A DNA stretch of 64,000 nucleotides. It comes from Isurus oxyrinchus. Its lineage: Eukaryota. The DNA is taken from NCBI GenBank assembly GCA_026770705.1, contig JANJGN010000026.1, positions 28,148,001-28,212,000 of the forward strand, given 5' to 3'. Under the pieces are notes generated by a model. The model was not told the origin of the DNA. It worked only from the letters and a program-made list of their open reading frames with translations, and searched no databases. Shown here piece after piece: positions 61,390 through 64,000 of this stretch. Position 1 is the first letter of the stretch; each line of letters begins with the position of its first letter. The translations under genes were made by a program, and so were the position numbers.

Positions 61390-62340
61390 ATACCCCAACG
61401 ATGCGCCGGGGAACACCCCACTCGGAAGTTCCCAGGCAAGGTTTGCAAGACATTTGCTCGGGATGTGCAAACTTCTCATGGGCAATTGCTCTGCAATGGG
61501 AACTATCGGGAAATGCGATTTACATTGCAAATTTCGGATGGGCCCGTCTCTCTTGCATCGATTGTTACGCAGAAAAAAGTTAGAAGCAGTAAAAGCCACT
61601 TCTAGCTCCTGGGTAGCTAATGTACAGACCGACACCCACCAGGGTCCCCCCGCACGGCCGAACGGTCATGGGACTCCCCCCACCCTTCAGACCCCCTCCC
61701 CCTAACCCCTCGCCAACGGGACACTCCCCAACACCCGAAACTTTAGGGGAAACCTCGCGTCCCACGGCTACTCTCAACCGCCCAAACCCAACTCCTCATA
61801 TGAAGAACGTCCAGCCAAGTCAATGAACAGACGCAGGATTTCCCACCGCCTGGCAATGGGGGACCCAGTGGATTGTGAACCTAAGAGGGAGACGGGGGAG
61901 AAGGAAGTATAAATAAAAGCAGAAATAATATAAATGAACAGAGTTTACAAATCCAGACAGGAAACAGAAAAGGAGACAGCGGGTTAAACTTATTGAATCG
62001 TGTAATGACAGTGATTGAGAGGAAAATCTGAACATTGTCCCTATGCACGCGATTGCCGCCTGCTCCACAGTGGGTCAGCCCCACACTTTATACCGAATGT
62101 TTAAAACCTGAACAATATTCTGGTGACGGTGAGTGAAACCCTCTCCTTCCGTCGGCACCTCCAGCATCACCGTCGTATAACGGCTCAGTGCCTGTCTGGC
62201 CTCAATGGTTAAAGACCTGAGAGATTTACCTGTGAAGGTCAGTGAATGAGGTCCCAATGGTGAATAATTTCAGTGCCGTCTGCTCTCATTAGTTAAAAAT
62301 TTGAAACATTGAACTGTGACAGGCGAATTATACCTCGTCT
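61390..62340 (+). pseudogene. Two further eroded constant-like exons (about 61390-61650 and 62071-62340)
   Basis: P..E...G..DIC....F..AI.LQWELSG; ctccacag|..SPTLY......EQYSGDG...QWLK...NNFSAV...LKI resembles the Cmu1/Cmu2 motifs in this window. Confidence 0.38.
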
Positions 62341-63039
62341 ATAGATTAGCTCTGTGCCTGTCTGTATGCTTTGAGACACCTACACAAAGGAATATAAAGT
62401 TGAAACTAAGAACAATGGGGGATACAGAGGGAGTTTGATAAAAGTGAGACTCAGAATGGTGCATATGCAGAGAAGCACTAATAGAGGGACATAGGTGAAG
62501 ATGAGATTGTATATATTGAATGGGAGGGAGAGACGTCAACAGAACGAGATGTATAATGCTGAGGCTTGAGGACAGCCAGTGGTATAAAGAGAGAACAGCA
62601 GAAGGATATTGATGCGGATATGTATTTATAAATATAAATGCATGGAAAGTTAACAGTTGATAGTTACTAATCTCCCAATGGAATGACTCTTGGTGCAGTG
62701 AACTGCGGTAAAAAGATCATCACTGCTCTGTATAATACAAATGCACAAGCGATACTAACACTGACTGAAGTTCTGGGGCGAACACAGTCTCTAGAATCCT
62801 CAGTGACACCAGGAGGCTTGCGAATTGGAGAAACCTGGGGATTTTAATAAGGAAAATGGGGATGACGCTGGAAGAAACAATGGGAAACACAGGCAAAAAT
62901 TAACAAACAGTTAACGATAAAAACCAGCAAGTTAAAACAAATAAACTCGTGGTATAGGAATCTGAGCAACTTTGTTGTACAGTTGAGTGACGGCCATCTC
63001 AATGCATGATCTCAGTGCCTGGTTGTACACAGTTATTCA

Positions 63040-64000
63040 AGAATTAAGCAATACTCATTTATTAGTGCACTGTATAATCCCTCTGTTTATATTAAACCAG
63101 AGCTCGCCTCATTTATTACTGTGCTGAACTGTTACACTAGATGATGTCTTAGCTATTATTGCATTAGATGTGCCTCCAGTTATATTTTTGTTACTTCTGA
63201 CCACAATAATTTTAATGCTTATGTTAATTTCTCACCAGGCACTGTTTCAGTTGAACTACACGAGGCCACATCTCACTTTATAATGCATATGTCCCTTTTT
63301 TCAGTTATTTGCAATAGAATGCATCTCTGTCTCTGTTGTCCTAGGCCATATCTCAGTTATTATCGCAATAGGTAATCTCCGTTAGTGTTAGGCAACATCC
63401 CCTCTCAGTATTACACGAGACCATGGCACTCTTTATATTACAATAACCTGTGTATCTGTTTACCGTATCTTATTTATTGCGGCATTAGACGTGTTTCTGC
63501 TTGCATTACGCTAGATCCTGCCTGAATTACAACTGCACGAGACTCTGTCTCGGTTTACATTACACTGGACTATTTCTATGGTATACTGCATTAAAACATG
63601 ACATTACACTAGGCCACGCCTTTGCTGATACTGCACTATGACAATACTCACATTATACTAAAATACCAAATGGTCCTATGTACATTACATTAGGCCATGT
63701 CTTTGTTCATATTATCGGGAGGCTTGTCTGAATTATTATCACATTACCCTTGGCCCTGTTTATATTTCAGTAGGCCCTATCATTGTTATTACTCTTCCAA
63801 ATCAAGCTCCTGTTTACATTACACTAGACCCATTTCTAATTGTTTTACTCCAGGCCTTGTTTCAGTTAATACTGAACTAGACTCTGTCTCTATTTATATT
63901 ACACCAGGCCATGTCTTAGTTAACGCCATTCTAGGTCACATCCCTATTTGTATTAAATAAGTTTATTGGCAGGACGTATTTATTTGTTTATCTTAACAGT
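63040..64000. repeat. Highly degenerate 27-bp satellite
   Basis: TATATTACAC.AG.CC.TGTCT and GTTATTACTGCACT units. Confidence 0.75.

Noticed and set aside
60868-61665. Long, nearly open minus-strand frame suggesting a viral or transposon gene
   Set aside because: No recognisable domain; better explained as the GC-rich antisense of the plus-strand V-like and C-like fossils

Overview
Vertebrate genomic DNA from a cartilaginous fish (shark-like), judged from its repeat families and immunoglobulin sequences. The central feature is one complete, apparently intact IgM heavy-chain cluster on the minus strand: promoter, leader (20386-20431), VH (19951-20256), one D (19489-19513), JH (19046-19093), Cmu1-Cmu4 with secretory tail, TM1 and TM2. 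All splice sites, exon phases and recombination signal sequences (RSS) check out. Unusually, there is a single 25-nt D with 12/12 RSS that looks like D1 and D2 already fused in the germline. Downstream of the gene (0.6-5.3 kb) lies a decayed tRNA gene cluster. Upstream (21-62 kb) is a mosaic of 27/54-bp satellite, CR1/RTE/Penelope/SINE/LTR debris and heavily eroded Ig-superfamily-like exons. These include an inverted duplicated pair (about 21.4-27.3 kb minus, about 53.6-60.3 kb plus) and a TCR-V-like segment at 60.9-61.2 kb. The fossil Ig calls rest on by-eye motif recognition and need HMM or tblastn confirmation. An assembly gap lies at 59520-59652.
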